Source of the DNA: Eledone cirrhosa
Lineage: Eukaryota
Length of the DNA: 64,000 nt
Reading direction: 5' to 3'
Assembly (NCBI GenBank): GCA_964016885.1
Contig: OZ024744.1
Coordinates: 15,748,001-15,812,000, forward strand
Part shown: in pieces, positions 40,301-53,869 of the stretch
Numbering within the stretch: the first letter of the stretch is position 1
How the letters are laid out: the number at the start of each line of letters is the position of its first letter
The notes under the pieces: generated by a model
Database searches by the model: none
Told to the model about the DNA's origin: nothing
The model's input: the letters and a program-made list of their open reading frames with translations, nothing else
Program-made: the position numbers and the translations under genes

Positions 40301-43300
40301 GTAACTTGTGTATAACTTCCTCTACTGTATCTCCTGTGTGTTGGTTCCCACAATAATAACTTGTGTATAACTTGCTCTACTGTGTCTCCCGTGAGTTGGT
40401 CCCCACAATAGTAACTTGTGCATAACTTCCTCTACTGTATCTCCTGTGTGTGGGTTCCCACAATAGTAACTTGTGTATTACTTGCTCTACTGTATCTCCT
40501 GTGTGTTGGTTCCCACAATAGTAACTTGTGTATAACTTCCTCTACTGTATCTCCTGTGTGTTGGTTCCCACAATAATAACATGTGTATAACTTCCTCTAC
40601 TGTGTCTCCCGTGAGTTGGTTCCCAGAATAGTAACTTGTGTATAACTTCCTCTACTGAGTCTCCCGTGAGTTGGTCCCCACAATAGTAACTTGTGCATAC
40701 CTTCCTCTACTGTATCTCCTGTGTGTTGGTTCCCACAATAGTAACTTGTGTATAACTTCCTCTACTGTGTCTCCTGTGTGTTGGTTCCCACAATAGTAAC
40801 TTGTGTATAACTTCCTCTACTGTATCTCCTGTGTGTTGGTTCCCACAATAATAACATGTGTATAACTTCCTCTACTGTGTCTCCCGGGAGTTGGTTCACA
40901 CAAAAGTAACTTGTCTATAACTTCCTCTACTGTGTCGCCCGTGAGTTGGTCCCCACAATAGTAACTTGTGCATAACTTGCTCTACTGTATCTACTGTGTG
41001 TTGGTTCCCACAATAGTAACTTGTGTATAACTTCCTCTACTGTATCTCCTGTGTGTTGGTTCCCACAATAGTAACTTGTGTATAACTTCCTCTGTGTCTC
41101 CCGTGAGTTGGTTCCCACAATAGTAACATGTGTATAACTTACTCTACTGTGTCTCCCGTGAGTTGGTTCCCACAATAGTAACTTGTGTATAACTTCCTCT
41201 ACTGTATCTCCTGTGTGTTGGTTCCCACAATAGTAAGTTGTGTATAACTTCCTCTACTGTGTCTCCTGTGTGTCGGTTCCCACAATAGTAACTTGTGTAT
41301 AACTTCCTCTACTGTATCTCCTGTAGGTTGGTTCCCACAATAGTAACTTGTGTATAACTTCCTCTACTGTGTCTCCTGTGTGTTGATTCCCACAATAGTA
41401 ACTTGTGTATAACTTCCTCTACTGTGTCTCCGGTTAGTTGGTCCCCACAATTATATCTTGTGTATAACTTCCTCTACTGTGTCTCCTGTGTGTTGGTTCC
41501 CACAATAGTAACTTGTGTATAACTTCCACTACTGTGTCTCCTGTGTGTTGGTTCCCAAAATAGTAACTTGTGTATAACTTCCTCTACTGTGTCTTCCGTG
41601 AGTTGGTTCCCACAATAGTAACTTGTGTATAACTTGCTCTACTGTATCTCATGTGTGTTGGTTCCCACAATAGCAACTTGTGTATAACTTCCTCTACTGT
41701 GTCTCCCGTGAGTTGGTTCCCACAATAGTAACTTGTGTATAACTTCCTCTACTGTATCTCCTATGTGTTGGTTCCCACGATAGTAACTTGTGTATAACTT
41801 CCTCTACTGTGTCTCCTGTGTGTTGGTTCCCACAACGGTAACTTGTATATAACTTCCTCTACTGTGTCTCCTATGTGTTGGTTCCCACAATAGTAACTTG
41901 TGTATAACTTCCTCTACTGTATCTCCTGTGTGTTGGTACCCACAATAGTAACTTGTGTATAACTTCCTCTACTGTATCTCCAGTGTGTTGGTTCCCACAA
42001 TAGTAACTTGTGTATAATTTCCTCTACTGTGTCTCCCGTGAGTTGGTTCCCACAATAGTAACTTGTGTTTAACTTCCTCTACTGTGTCTCTCGTGAGTTG
42101 GTCCCCACAATAGTAATTGTGTATAACTTCCTCTACTGTGTCTCCTGTGTGTTGGTTCCCACAATAGTAACTTGTGTATAACTTCCTCTACTGTGTCTCC
42201 TGTGTGTTGGTTGCCACAATAGTAACTTGTGTATAACTTCCTCTACTGTGTCTCCCGTGAGTTGGTTCCCACAATATTAACTTGTGTATAACTTACTCTA
42301 CTGTGTCTCCCGTGAGTTGGTTCCCACAATAGAAACTTGTGTAAAACATACTCTACTGTGTCTACCGTGAGTTGTTTCCCACAATAGTAACTTGTGCATA
42401 ACTTCCTCTACTCTGTCTCCTGTGTGTTGCTTCCCACAATAGTAACTTGTGTATAACTTCCTCTACTGTGTCTCCCGTGAGTTGGTTCCCACAATAGTAA
42501 CTTGTGTATAACTTACTCTACTGTGTCTCCTGTGTGTTGGTTCCCACAATAGTAACTTGTGTATAACTTCCTCTACTGTATCTCCTATGTGTTGGTTCCC
42601 ACGATAGTAACTTGTGTATAACTTCCTCTACTGTGTCTCTTGTGTGTTGGTTCCCACAATGGTAACTTGTGTATAACTTCCTATACTGTGTCTCCTGTGT
42701 GTCGGTTCCCACAATAGTAACTTCTGTATAAATTCCTCTACTGTATCTCCTGTAGGTTGGTTCCCACAATAGTAACTTGTGTATAACTTCCTCTACTGTG
42801 TCTCTTGTGTGTTCGTTCCCACAATAGTAACTTGCGTATAACTTCCTCTCCTGTGTCTCCTGCGTGTCAGTTCCCACGATAGTAACTTGTGTATACCTTA
42901 CTCTACTGTATCTTCTGTGTGTTGGTTCCCACAATAGTAAGTTGTGCATAACTTCCTCTACTGTATCTCCTGTGTGTTGGTTCCCACAATAGTAACTTGT
43001 GTATAACTTCCTCTACTGTATCTCCTGTGTGTTGGTTCCCACAATAGTAACTTGTGTATAACTTCCTCTACTGTATCTCCTGTGAGTTGATTCCCACAAT
43101 AGTAACTTGTGTATAACTTCCTCTACTGTGTCTCCCGTGAGTTGGTCCCCACAATAGTAACTTGTATATAACTTCCTCTACTGTGCCTCCTGTGTGTTGG
43201 TTCCCACAATAGTAACTTGTGTATAACTTCCTCTACTGTGTCTCCTGTGTGTTGGTTCCCACAATAGTAACCTGTGTATAACTTCCTCTACTGTATCTCC

Positions 43301-46300
43301 TGTGTGTTGGTTCCTACAATAGTAACTTGTGTATAACTTCCTCTACTGTATCTCCTGTGTGTTGGTTCACACAATAGTAAATTGTGTATAACTTCCTCTA
43401 CTGTATCTCCTGTGTGTTGGTTCCCACAATAGTAGCTTGTGTATAACTTGCTCTACTGTATCTCCTGTGAGTTGGTTCCCACAATAGTAAATTGTGTATA
43501 ACTTCCTCTACTGTAATCCTGTGTGTTGGTTCCCACAATAATAACATGTGTATAACTTCCTCTACTGTGTCTCCCGTGAGTTGGTTCCCACAATAGTAAC
43601 TTGTGTATAACTTCCTCTACTGTGTCTCCTGTGTGTTGGTTCCCACAATAGTAAATTGTGTATAACTTCCTCTACTGTATCTCCTGTGTGTTGGTTCCCA
43701 CAATAGTAACTTGTGTATAACTTCCTCTACTGAGTCTCCCGTGAGTTGGTCCCCACAATAGTAACTTGTGCCTACCTTCCTCTACTGTATCTCCTGTGTG
43801 TTGGTTCCCACAATAGTAACTTGTGTATAACTTCCTCTACTGTGTCTCCCGGGAGTTGGTTCACACAAAAGTAACTTGTCTATAACTTCCTCTACTGTGT
43901 CGCCCGTGAGTTGGTCCCCACAATAGTAACTTGTGCATACCTTCCTCTACTGTATCTCCTGTGTGTTGGTTCCCACAATAGTAACTTGTGTATAACTTCC
44001 TCTACTGTATCTCCTGTGTGTTGGTTCCCACAATAATAACTTGTGTATAACTTCCTCTACTGTGTCTCCCGTGAGTTGGTCCCCACAATAGTAACTTGTG
44101 CATAACTTCCTCTACTGTATCTCCTGTGTGTTGGTTCCCACAATAATAACATGTGTATAACTTCCTCTACTGTGTCTCCCGGGAGTTGGTTCACACAAAA
44201 GTAACTTGTCTATAACTTCCTCTACTGTGTCGCCCGTGAGTTGGTCCCCACAATAGTAACTTGTGCATAACTTGCTCTACTGTATCTCCTGTGTGTTGGT
44301 TCCCACAATAGTAACTTGTGTATAACTTCCTCTACTGTATCTCCTGTGTGTTGGTTCCCACAATAGTAACTTGTGTATAACTTCCTCTGTGTCTCCCGTG
44401 AGTTGGTTCCCACAATAGTAACTTGTGTATAACTTACTCTACTGTGTCTCCCGTGAGTTGGTTCCCACAATAGTAACTTGTGTATAACTTCCTCTACTGT
44501 ATCTTTTGTGTGTTGGTTCCCACAATAGTAAGTTGTGTATAACTTCCTCTACTGTGTCTCCTGTGTGTCGGTTCCCACAATAGTAACTTGTGTATAACTT
44601 ACTCTACTGTATCTCCTGTAGGTTGGTTCCCACAATAGTAACTTGTGTATAACTTCCTCTACTGTGTCTCCTGTGTGTCGGTTCCCAAAATAGTAACTTG
44701 TGTATAACTTCCTCTACTGTGTCTCCTGTGTGTTGATTCCCACAATAGTAACTTGTGTATAACTTCCTCTACTGTGTCTCCCGTTAGTTGGTCCCCACAA
44801 TAATATCTTGTGTATAACTTCCTCTACTGTGTCTCCTGTGTGTTGGTTCCCACAATAGTAACTTGTGTATAACTTCCACTACTGTGTCTGCTGTGTGTTG
44901 GTTCCCAAAATCGTAACTTGTGTATAACTTCCTCTACTGTGTCTTCCGTGAGTTGGTTCCCACAATAGTAACTTGTGTATAACTTGCTCTACTGTATCTC
45001 ATGTGTGTTGGTTCCCACAATAGTAACTTGTGTATAACTTCCTCTACTGTGTCTCCCGTGAGTTGGTTCCCACAATAGTAACTTGTGTATAACTTCCTCT
45101 ACTGTATCTCCTATGTGTTGGTTCCCACGATAGTAACTTGTGTATAACTTCCTCTACTGTGTCTCCTGTGTGTTGGTTCCCACAACGGTAACTTGTATAT
45201 AACTTCCTCTACTGTGTCTCCTATGTGTTGGTTCCCACAATAGTAACTTGTGTATAACTTCCTCTACTGTATCTCCTGTGTGTTGGTACCCACAATAGTA
45301 ACTTGTGTATAACTTCCTCTACTGTATCTCCTGTGTGTTGGTTCCCACAATAGTAACTTGTGTATAACTTCCTCTACTGTGTCTCCCGTGAGTTGGTTCC
45401 CACAATAGTAACTTGTGTTTAACTTCCTCTACTGTGTCTCCCGTGAGTTGGTCCCCACAATAGTAACTTGTGTATAACTTCCTCTACTGTGTCTCCTGTG
45501 TGTTGGTTCCCACAATAGTAACTTGTGTATAACTTCCTCTACTGTGTCTCCTGTGTGTTGGTTGCCACAATAGTAACTTGTGTATAACTTCCTCTACTGT
45601 GTCTTCCGTGAGTTGGTTCCCACAATATTAACTTGTGTATAACTTACTCTACTGTGTCTCCCGTGAGTTGGTTCCCACAATAGAAACTTGTGTAAAACAT
45701 ACTCTACTGTGTCTACCGTGAGTTGTTTCCCACAACAGTAACTTGTGTATAACTTCCTCTACTCTGTCTCCTGTGTGTTGCTTCCCACAATAGTAACTTG
45801 TGTATAACTTCCTCTACTGTGTCTCCCGTGAGTTGGTTCCCACAATAGTAACTTGTGTATAACTTCCTCTACTGTGTCTCCTGTGTGTTGGTTCCCACAA
45901 TAGTAACTTGTGTATAACTTCCTCTACTGTATCTCCTATGTGTTGGTTCCCACGATAGTAACTTGTGTATAACTTCCTCTACTGTGTCTGTTGTGTGTTG
46001 GTTCCCACAATGGTAACTTGTGTATAACTTCCTATACTGTGTCTCCTGTGTGTCGGTTCCCACAATAGTAACTTCTGTATAAATTCCTCTACTGTATCTC
46101 CTGTAGGTTGGTTCCCACAATAGTAACTTGTGTATAACTTCCTCTACTGTGTCTCTTGTGTGTTCGTTCCCACAATAGTAACTTGCGTATAACTTCCTCT
46201 CCTGTGTCTCCTGCGTGTCAGTTCCCACGATAGTAACTTGTGTATACCTTACTCTACTGTATCTTCTGTGTGTTGGTTCCCACAATAGTAAGTTGTGCAT

Positions 46301-47300
46301 AACTTCCTCTACTGTATCTCCTGTGTGTTGGTTCCCACAATAGTAACTTGTGTATAACTTCCTCTACTGTATCTCCTGTGTGTTGGTTCCCACAATAGTA
46401 ACTTGTGTATAACTTCCTCTACTGTATCTCCTGTGAGTTGATTCCCACAATAGTAACTTGTGTATAACTTCCTCTACTGTGTCTCCCGTGAGTTGGTCCC
46501 CACAATAGTAACTTGTATATAACTTCCTCTACTGTGCCTCCTGTGTGTTGGTTCCCACAATAGTAACTTGTGTATAACTTCCTCTACTGTGTCTCCTGTG
46601 TGTTGGTTCCCACAATAGTAACCTGTGTATAACTTCCTCTACTGTATCTCCTGTGTGTTGGTTCCTACAATAGTAACTTGTGTATAACTTCCTCTACTGT
46701 ATCTCCTGTGTGTTGGTTCCCACAATAGTAAATTGTGTATAACTTCCTCTACTGTATCTCCTGTGTGTTGGTTCCCACAATAGTAGCTTGTGTATAACTT
46801 GCTCTACTGTATCTCCTGTGAGTTGGTTCCCACAATAGTAAATTGTGTATAACTTCCTCTACTGTAATCCTGTGTGTTGGTTCCCACAATAATAACATGT
46901 GTATAACTTCCTCTACTGTGTCTCCCGTGAGTTGGTTCCCACAATAGTAACTTGTGTATAACTTCCTCTACTGTGTCTCCTGTGTGTTGGTTCCCACAAT
47001 AGTAACTTGTGTATAACTTCCTCTACTGTATCTCCTGTGTGTTGGTTCCCACAATAGTAAATTGTGTATAACTTCCTCTACTGTATCTCCTGTGTGTTGC
47101 TTCCCACAATAGTAACTTGTGTATAACTTCCTCTACTGTGTCTCCCGTGAGTTGGTTCCTACAATAGTAACTTGTGTATAACTTCCTCTACTGTGTCTCC
47201 CGGGAGTTGGTCCCCACAATAGTAACTTGTGCATAACTTCCTCTACTGTATCTCCTGTGTGTTGGTTCCCACAATAGTAACTTGTGTATTACTTGCTCTA
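31400..47300 (+). repeat. Four imperfect copies of a 3.3-5.2 kb higher-order unit carrying the most diverged monomers
   Basis: GGTACC marker at 32431, 37649, 41935, 45285; 143-aa repeat ORFs at 33015, 38233, 42518, 45869; same order of variants in each copy. Confidence 0.88.
34960..37600 (+). repeat. Tandem 24-monomer duplication (1317 bp)
   Basis: ORFs at 35324 and 36641; CACAATTATATC at about 35843 and 37160. 1317 = 24x55 - 3. Confidence 0.88.
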
Positions 47301-47429
47301 CTGTATCTCCTGTGTGTTGGGTCCCACAATAGTAACTTGTGTATAACTTCCTCTACTGTATCTCCTGTGTGTTGGTTCCCACAATAGTATATTGTGTATA
47401 ACTTACTCTACTGTATCCCCTGTGTGTTG

Positions 47430-50400
47430 GTTCCCACAATAGTAACTTGTGTATAACTTCCTCTACTGTGTCTCCCGTGAGTTGGTTCCCACAATAGTAA
47501 CTTGTGTATAACTTCGTCTACTGTGTCTCCCGTGAGTTGGTCCCCACAATAGTAACTTGTGCATAACTTCCTCTACTGTATCTCCTGTTTGTTGGTTCCC
47601 ACAATAGTAACTTGTGTATTACTTGCTCTACTGTATCTCCTGTGTGTTGGTTACCACAATAGTAACTTGTGTATAACTTACTCTACTGTATCTCCTGTGT
47701 GTTGGTTCCCACAATAATAACATGTGTATAACTTCCTCTACTGTGTCTCCCGTGAGTTGGTTCCCAGAATAGCAACTTGTGTATAACTTCCTCTACTGAG
47801 TCTCCCGTGAGTTGATCCTCACAATAGTAACTTGTGCATACCTTCCTCTACTGTATCTCCTATGTGTTGGTTCCCACAATAGTATCTTGTGTATAACTTC
47901 CTCTACTGTGTCTCCCGGGAGTTGGTTCACACAAAAGTAACTTGTCTATAACTTCCTCTACTGTGTCGCCCGTGAGTTGGTCCCCACAATAGTAACTTGT
48001 GCATAACTTGCTCTACTGTATCTCCTGTGTGTTGGTTCCCACAATAGTAACTTGTGTATAACTTCCTCTGTGTCTCCCGTGAGTTGGTTCCCACAATAGT
48101 AACTTGTGTATAACTTACTCTACTGTGTCTCCCGTGAGTTGGTTCCCACAATAGTAACTTGTGTATAACTTCCTCTACTCTGTCTCCCGTGAGTTGGTTC
48201 CCACAATAGTAACTTGTGTATAACTTCCTCTACTGTGTCTCTTGTGTGTTGGTTCCCATAATGGTAACTTGTGTATAACTTCCTCTACTGTGTCTCCTGT
48301 GTGTCGGTTCCCACAATAGTAACTTGTGTATAACTTCCTCTACTGTATCTCCTGTAGGTTGGTTGCCACAATAGTAACTTGTGTATAACTTCCTCTACTG
48401 TGTCTCCTGTGTGTTGGTTCCCAAAATAGTAACTTGTGTATAACTTCCTCTACTGTGTCTCCTGTGTGTTGATTCCCACAATAGTAACTTGTGTATAACT
48501 TCCTCTACTGTGTCTCCCGTTAGTTGGTCCCCACAATAATATCTTGTGTATAACTTCCTCTACTGTGTCTCCTGTGTGTTGGTTCCCACAATAGTAACTT
48601 GTGTATAACTTCCTCTACTGTGTCTCCCGTGAGTTGGTTCCCACAATAGTAACTTGTGTATAACTTACTCTACTGTGTCTCCCGTGAGTTCGTCCCCACA
48701 ATAGTAACTTGTGTATAACTTACTCTACTGTGTCTCCCGTGAGTTGGTCCCCACAATAGTAACTTGTGTATAACTTCCTCTACTGTATCTCCTGTGTGTT
48801 GGTTCCCACAATAGTAACTTGTGTATAACTTCCTCTAATGTATCTCCTGTGTGTTGGTTCCCACAATAGTAAATTGTGTATAACTTCCTCTACTGTGTCT
48901 CCCGTGAGTTGGTTCCCACAATAGTAACTTGTGTATAACTTCCTCTACTGTGTGTCCCGTGAGTTGGTTCACACAATAGTATCTTGTGTATAACTTCCTC
49001 TACTGTGTCTCCTGTGTGTTGGTTCCCACAATAGTAACTTGTGTATAACTTCCTCTACTGTGTCTCCCGTGAGTTGGTCCCCACAATAGTAACTTGTGTA
49101 TAACTTCCTCTACTGTGTCTCCTGTGTGTTGGTTCCCACAATAGTAACTTGTGTATAACTTCCTCTACTGTATCTCCTGTGTGTTAGTTCCCACAATAGT
49201 AACTTGTGTATAACTTCCTCTACTGTATCTCCTGTGTGTTGGTTCCCACAATAGTAAATTGTGTATAACTTCCTCTACTGTATCTCCTGTGTGTTGGTTC
49301 CCACAATAGTAAATTGTGTATAACTTCCTCTACTGTATCTCCTGTGTGTTGGTTCCCACAATAATAACATGTGTATAACTTCCTCTACTGTGTCTCCCGT
49401 GAGTTGGTTCCCACAATAGTAACTTGTGTATAACTTCCTCTACTGTGTCTCCTGTATGTTGGTTCCCACAATAGTAACTTGTGTATAACTTCCTCTACTG
49501 TATCTCCTGTGTGTTGGTTCCCACAATAGTAACTTGTGTATAACTTCCTCTACTGTGTCTCCCGTGAGTTGGTTCCCACAATAGTAACTTGTGTATAACT
49601 TCCTCTACTGTGTCTCCTGTGTGTTGGTTCCCACAATAGTAACTTGTGTATAACTTCCTCTACTGTATCTCCTGTGTGTTGGTTCCCACAATAGTAAATT
49701 GTGTATAACTTCCTCTACTGTATCTCCTGTGTGTTGGTTCCCACAATAGTAACTTGTGTATAACTTCCTCTACTGTGTCTCCCGTGAGTTGGTTCCCACA
49801 ATAGTAACTTGTGTATAACTTCCTCTACTGTGTCTCCCGTGAGTTGGTCCCCACAATAGTAACTTGTGCATAACTTCCTCTACTGTAACTCCTGTGTGTT
49901 GGTTCCCACAATAGTAACTTGTGTATTACTTGCTCTACTGTATCTCCTGTGTGTTGGTTACCACAATAGTAACTTGTGTATAACTTCCTCTACTGTATCT
50001 CCTGTGTGTTGGTTCCCACAATAATAACATGTGTATAACTTCCTCTACTGTGTCTCCCGTGAGTTGGTTCCCAGAATAGTAACTTGTGTATAACTTCCTC
50101 TACTGAGTCTCCCGTGAGTTGGTCCCCACAATAGTAACTTGTGCATACCTTCCTCTACTGTATCTCCTGTGTGTTGGTTCCCACAATAGTAACTTGTGTA
50201 TAACTTCCTCTACTGTGTCTCCCGGGAGTTGGTTCACACAAAAGTAACTTGTGTATAACTTCCTCTACTGTGTCGCCCGTGAGTTGGTCCCCACAATAGT
50301 AACTTGTGCATAACTTGCTCTACTGTATCTCCTGTGTGTTGGTTCCCACAATAGTAACTTGTGTATAACTTCCTCTTTGTCTCCCGTGAGTTGGTTCCCA

Positions 50401-51460
50401 CAATAGTAACTTGTGTATAACTTACTCTACTGTGTCTCCCGTGAGTTGGTTCCCACAATAGTAACTTGTGTATAACTTCCTCTACTCTGTCTCCCGTGAG
50501 TTGGTTCCCACAATAGTAACTTGTGTATAACTTCCTCTACTGTGTCTCTTGTGTGTTGGTTCCCATAATGGTAACTTGTGTATAACTTCCTCTACTGTGT
50601 CTCCTGTGTGTCGGTTCCCACAATAGTAACTTGTGTATAACTTCCTCTACTGTTTCTCCTGTAGGTTGGTTGCCACAATAGTAACTTGTGTATAACTTCC
50701 TCTACTGTGTCTCCTGTGTGTTGGTTCCCAAAATAGTAACTTGTGTATAACTTCCTCTACTGTGTCTCCTGTGTGTTGATTCCCACAATAGTAACTTGTG
50801 TATAACTTCCTCTACTGTGTCTCCCGTTAGTTGGTCCCCACAATAATATCTTGTGTATAACTTCCTCTACTGTGTCTCCTGTGTGTTGGTTCCCACAATA
50901 GTAACTTGTGTATAACTTCCTCTACTGTGTCTCCCGTGAGTTGGTTCCCACAATAGTAACTTGTGTATAACTTACTCTACTGTGTCTCCCGTGAGTTCGT
51001 CCCCACAATAGTAACTTGTGTATAACTTACTCTACTGTGTCTCCCGTGAGTTCGTCCCCACAATAGTAACTTGTGTATAACTTCCTCTACTGTATCTCCT
51101 GTGTGTTGGTTCCCACAATAGTAACTTGTGTATAACTTCCTCTAATGTATCTCCTGTGTGTTGGTTCCCACAATAGTAAATTGTGTATAACTTCCTCTAC
51201 TGTGTCTCCCGTGAGTTGGTTCCCACAATAGTAACTTGTGTATAACTTCCTCTACTGTGTGTCCCGTGAGTTGGTTCCCACAATAGTAACTTGTGTATAA
51301 CTTCCTCTACTGTGTCTCCTGTGTGTTGGTTCCCACAATAGTAACTTGTGTATAACTTCCTCTACTGTGTCTCCCGTGAGTTGGTCCCCACAATAGTAAC
51401 TTGTGTATAACTTCCTCTACTGTGTCTCCTGTGTGTTGGTTCCCACAATAGTAACTTGTG
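47430..51460 (+). repeat. 42-monomer offset duplication (2307 bp)
   Basis: ORFs at 47927 and 50234; CTTGTGTGTTGGTTCCCATAATGG at 48241 and 50548. 2307 = 42x55 - 3. Confidence 0.85.
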
Positions 51461-53869
51461 TATAACTTCCTCTACTGTGTCTCCTGTATGTTGGTTCCCA
51501 CAATAGTAACTTGTGTATAACTTCCTCTACTGTGTCTCCTGTGTGTTGGTTCCCACAATAGTAACTTGTGTATAACTTCCTCTACTGTCTCTCGTGAGTT
51601 GGTTCCCACAATGGTAACTTGTGTATAACTTCCTCTACTGTGTCCCCCGTGAGTTGGTCCCCACAATAGTAACTTGTGCATAACTTACTCTACTGTATCT
51701 CCTGTGTGTTGGTTCCCACAGTGTATAACTTCCTCTACATTATCTCCTGTGTGTTGGTTCCCACAATAGTTACTTGTGTATAACTTACTCTACTGTGTGT
51801 CCCGTGAGTTTGTCCCCACAATAGTAACTTGTGTATAACTTACTCTACTGTGTCTCCCGTGAGTTGGTCACCACAATAGTAACTTCTGTATAACTTACTC
51901 TACTGTATCTCCTGTGTGTTGGTTCCCACAATAGTAACTTGTGTATAACTTCCTCTACTGTATCTCCTGTGTGTTGGTTCCCACAATAGTAACTTGTGTT
52001 TAACTTCCTCTACTGTTTCTCCCGTGAGTTGGTTCCCACAATAGTAACTTGTGTATAACTTCCTCTACTGTGTCTCACGTGTGTTGGTCCCCACAATAGT
52101 AACTTGTATATAACTTCCTCTACTGTGCCTCCTGTGTGTTGGTTCCCACAATAGTAACTTGTGTATAACTTCCTCTACTGTGTCTCCTGTGTGTTGGTTC
52201 CCACAATAGTAACCTGTGTATAACTTCCTCTACTGTATCTCCTGTGTGTTGGTTCCTACAATAGTAACTTGTGTATAACTTCCTCTACTGTATCTCCTGT
52301 GTGTTGGTTCCCACAATAGTAAATTGCGTATAACTTCCTCTACTGTATCTCATGTGTGTTGGTTCCCACAATAGTAACTTGTGTATAACTTGCTCTACTG
52401 TATCTCCTGTCTGTTGGTTCCCACAATAGTAAATTGTGTATAACTTCCTCTACTGTAATCCTGTGTGTTGGTTCCCACAATAATAACATGTGTATAACTT
52501 CCTGTACTGTGTCTCCCGTGAGTTGGTTCCCACAATAGTAACTTGTGTATAACTTGCTCTACTGTATCTCCTGTATGTTGGTTCCCACAATAGTAACTTG
52601 TGTATAACTTCCTCGACTGTATCTCCTGTGTGTTGGTTCCCACAATAGTAACTTGTGTATAACTTCCTCTACTGTGTCTCCCGTGAGTTGGTTCCCACAA
52701 TAGTAACTTGTGTATAACTTCCTCTACTGTGTCTCCCGTGAGTTGGTCCCCACAATAGTAACTTGTGCATAACTTCCTCTACTGTATCTCCTGTGTGTTG
52801 GTTCCCACAATAGTAACTTGTGTATTACTTGCTCTACTGTATCTCCTGTGTGTTGGTTCCCACAATAGTAACTTGTGTATAACTTCCTCTACTGTATCTC
52901 CTGTGTGTTGGTTACCACAATAGTAACATGTGTATAACTTCCTCTACTGTGTCTCCCGTGAGTTGGTTCCCAGAATAGTAACTTGTGTATAACTTCCTCT
53001 ACTGAGTCTCCCGTGAGTTGGTCCCCACAATAGTAACTTGTGCATACCTTCCTCTACTGTATCTCCTGTGTGTTGGTTCCCACAATAGTAACTTGTGTAT
53101 AACTTCCTCTACTGTGTCTCCTGTGTGTTGGTTCCCACAATAGTAACTTGTGTATAACTTCCTCTACTGTATCTCCTGTGTGTTGGTTCCCACAATAATA
53201 ACATGTGTATAACTTACTCTACTGTGTCTCCCGTGAGTTGGTTCCCACAATAGTAACTTGTGTATAACTTCCTCTACTGTGTGTCCCGTGAATTGGTTCC
53301 CATAATAGTAACTTGTGTATAACTTCCTCTACTGTGTCTCCCGTGAGTTGGTCCCCACAATAGTAACTTGTATATAACTTCCTCTACTGTGCCTCCTGTG
53401 TGTTGGTTCCCACAATAGTAACTTGTGTATAACTTCCTCTACTGTGTCTCCTGTGTGTTGGTTCCCACAATAGTAACCTGTGTATAACTTCCTCTACTGT
53501 ATCTCCTGTGTGTTGGTTCCTACAATAGTAACTTGTGTATAACTTCCTCTACTGTATCTCCTGTGTGTTGGTTCCCACAATAGTAAATTGTGTATAACTT
53601 CCTCTACTGTATCTCCTGTGTGTTGGTCCCTACAATAGTAACTTGTGTATAACTTCCTCTACTGTGTCTCCTGTGTGTTGATTCCCACAATAGTAACTTG
53701 TGTATAACTTCCTCTACTGTGTCTCACGTTAGTTGGTCCCCACAATAATATCTTGTGTATAACTTCCTCTACTCTGTCTCCTGTGTGTTGGTTCCCACAA
53801 TAGTAACTTGTGTATAACTTCCTCTACTGTGTCTCCCGTGAGTTGGTTCCCACAATAGTAACTTGTGTA

